A stretch of 62,453 bases of DNA, the filler included, from Choristocarpus tenellus KU-1152 (Eukaryota > Protista > Phaeophyceae): NCBI GenBank assembly GCA_964200185.2. It is 11 parts of 11 records of this genome, joined end to end, with 100 filler letters (N's around TTAATTAATTAA, not from the genome) between each part and the next. Parts side by side here need not be neighbours in the genome. Positions count along the whole stretch, not along the records: positions 59,951 to 62,453 come from CAXNAD020027264.1; 10 more parts are not named here. One strand, written 5' to 3'. Positions within the stretch are counted from its first letter, which is position 1, and each line of letters starts with the position of its first letter. The position numbers were made by a program, and so were the translations under genes. The notes under the pieces were generated by a model. That model made no database searches and was not told the origin of the DNA. It worked only from the letters and a program-made list of their open reading frames with translations. Of this stretch, positions 61,600 through 62,453 are shown piece by piece.

Positions 61600-61857
61600 G
61601 AGTCAAAGTATCTTAGAGGGTAGAGCCACGTTGATTTGGGGTCAAAATCCAATGTTGTAATTTCGATGTCATTTTGGCTATAACGTTAGTAGGAAATGTG
61701 GATATCATAGTTTCGGACAATCCTTTGCACAACACACACATTTTACCTACTCCAAACATATTTCGGATTAGGTAAAATGTCAAAAATAAAAGGTGGGAAG
61801 ACAAATCCCTAATGGACAAACAGGGCAAAACTCGTACCCTCTAAGATACTTTCACTC
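61600..61857 (-). mobile_element. MITE family B, full copy (258 bp), TSD TTTT
   Basis: GAGTCAAAGTATCTTAGAGGGTA ... TACCCTCTAAGATACTTTCACTC. TTTT at 61596-61599 and 61858-61861. Confidence 0.95.
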
Positions 61858-62453
61858 TTTTGCAATGCGGAAATGACCAATGAACTAAATGAGAAATTTG
61901 AATCGTTTTACGCAATTGCTATAGCTGTAAAAAGAGCTCCAAAACACCAGTACTGATAAGAATAACGTCAGTAAGTAAACAGAAAGTTTTCTGGATAAGT
62001 TGGTTACGCACGAGGTAGGGGGGAGAGGGGCGGGGGAAAGGAGATGTCAAATCCCGTTTATGACAGATCATGCATTTTAAGCTGGAGACACCAGGGAGAT
62101 GGGCAAGGAGGGGCCTGTCAGATTCTTGAGATGCTTTCCAAGCTCCTCGCCCTGTGGTGTAGGGCTAAGCTCAGTTGGAGTCATAGGAGAGGAGTGATGT
62201 AGCATAGCTGCTAGACAAATAGTAAATTGATGATAGAAAAGATGAAAGTATATTTCACATTTACGACAATTGTTAGTTTTACGGGGGTTCTTATGATATT
62301 GAACTGGCTTTCATTGTTTTTCCCCGACACATCTCCAAAATGTGAGAGGGCATAATAATAAAATAATAATAACTAAATGCAGAAGGAGGAGGGTGAAACA
62401 GGTGGAAACAGCCGACAGGTTCTTTGTAATGAAGGGGAGCAGGAAGACCCACA

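Overview
This is not one continuous locus. It is 11 short contigs joined by ten artificial 100-nt spacers (44 N + TTAATTAATTAA + 44 N). The DNA is eukaryotic, intron-rich and dominated by transposons. Interspersed TTAGGG repeats, a ciliary gene and the TE types fit a flagellated stramenopile such as a brown alga, but this is inference. Host genes I could reconstruct: a complete 5-exon CFAP300 (C11orf70) dynein-assembly gene, three exons of an AANAT/PAA1-like GNAT acetyltransferase with a GC-AG intron, part of an SH3-domain gene, the last exon of an alpha/beta-hydrolase, and an HMG-box fragment. TEs: a chromodomain-bearing Ty3/Gypsy with its 3' LTR, several Copia remnants, RTE-, CRE- and RNase H-type non-LTR remnants, three plant-type (DD39D-like) mariner copies and a probable piggyBac relic. 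Two observations stand out. (1) About 29 copies of four related MITE families share G-initiated TIRs and a 4-bp non-specific TSD (Sola-like by inference). Three of the families also share an AGTATC TIR core and a subterminal GTCCATTTGG motif. They insert into other TEs and coincide with many contig breaks. (2) An AT-rich fragment of a bacterial conjugative relaxase/helicase (TraA, Rickettsiales-like) sits on the same contig as CFAP300 and is abutted by a host MITE, which suggests endosymbiont-to-nucleus DNA transfer. All homology calls come from motif recognition by eye; no searches were run.
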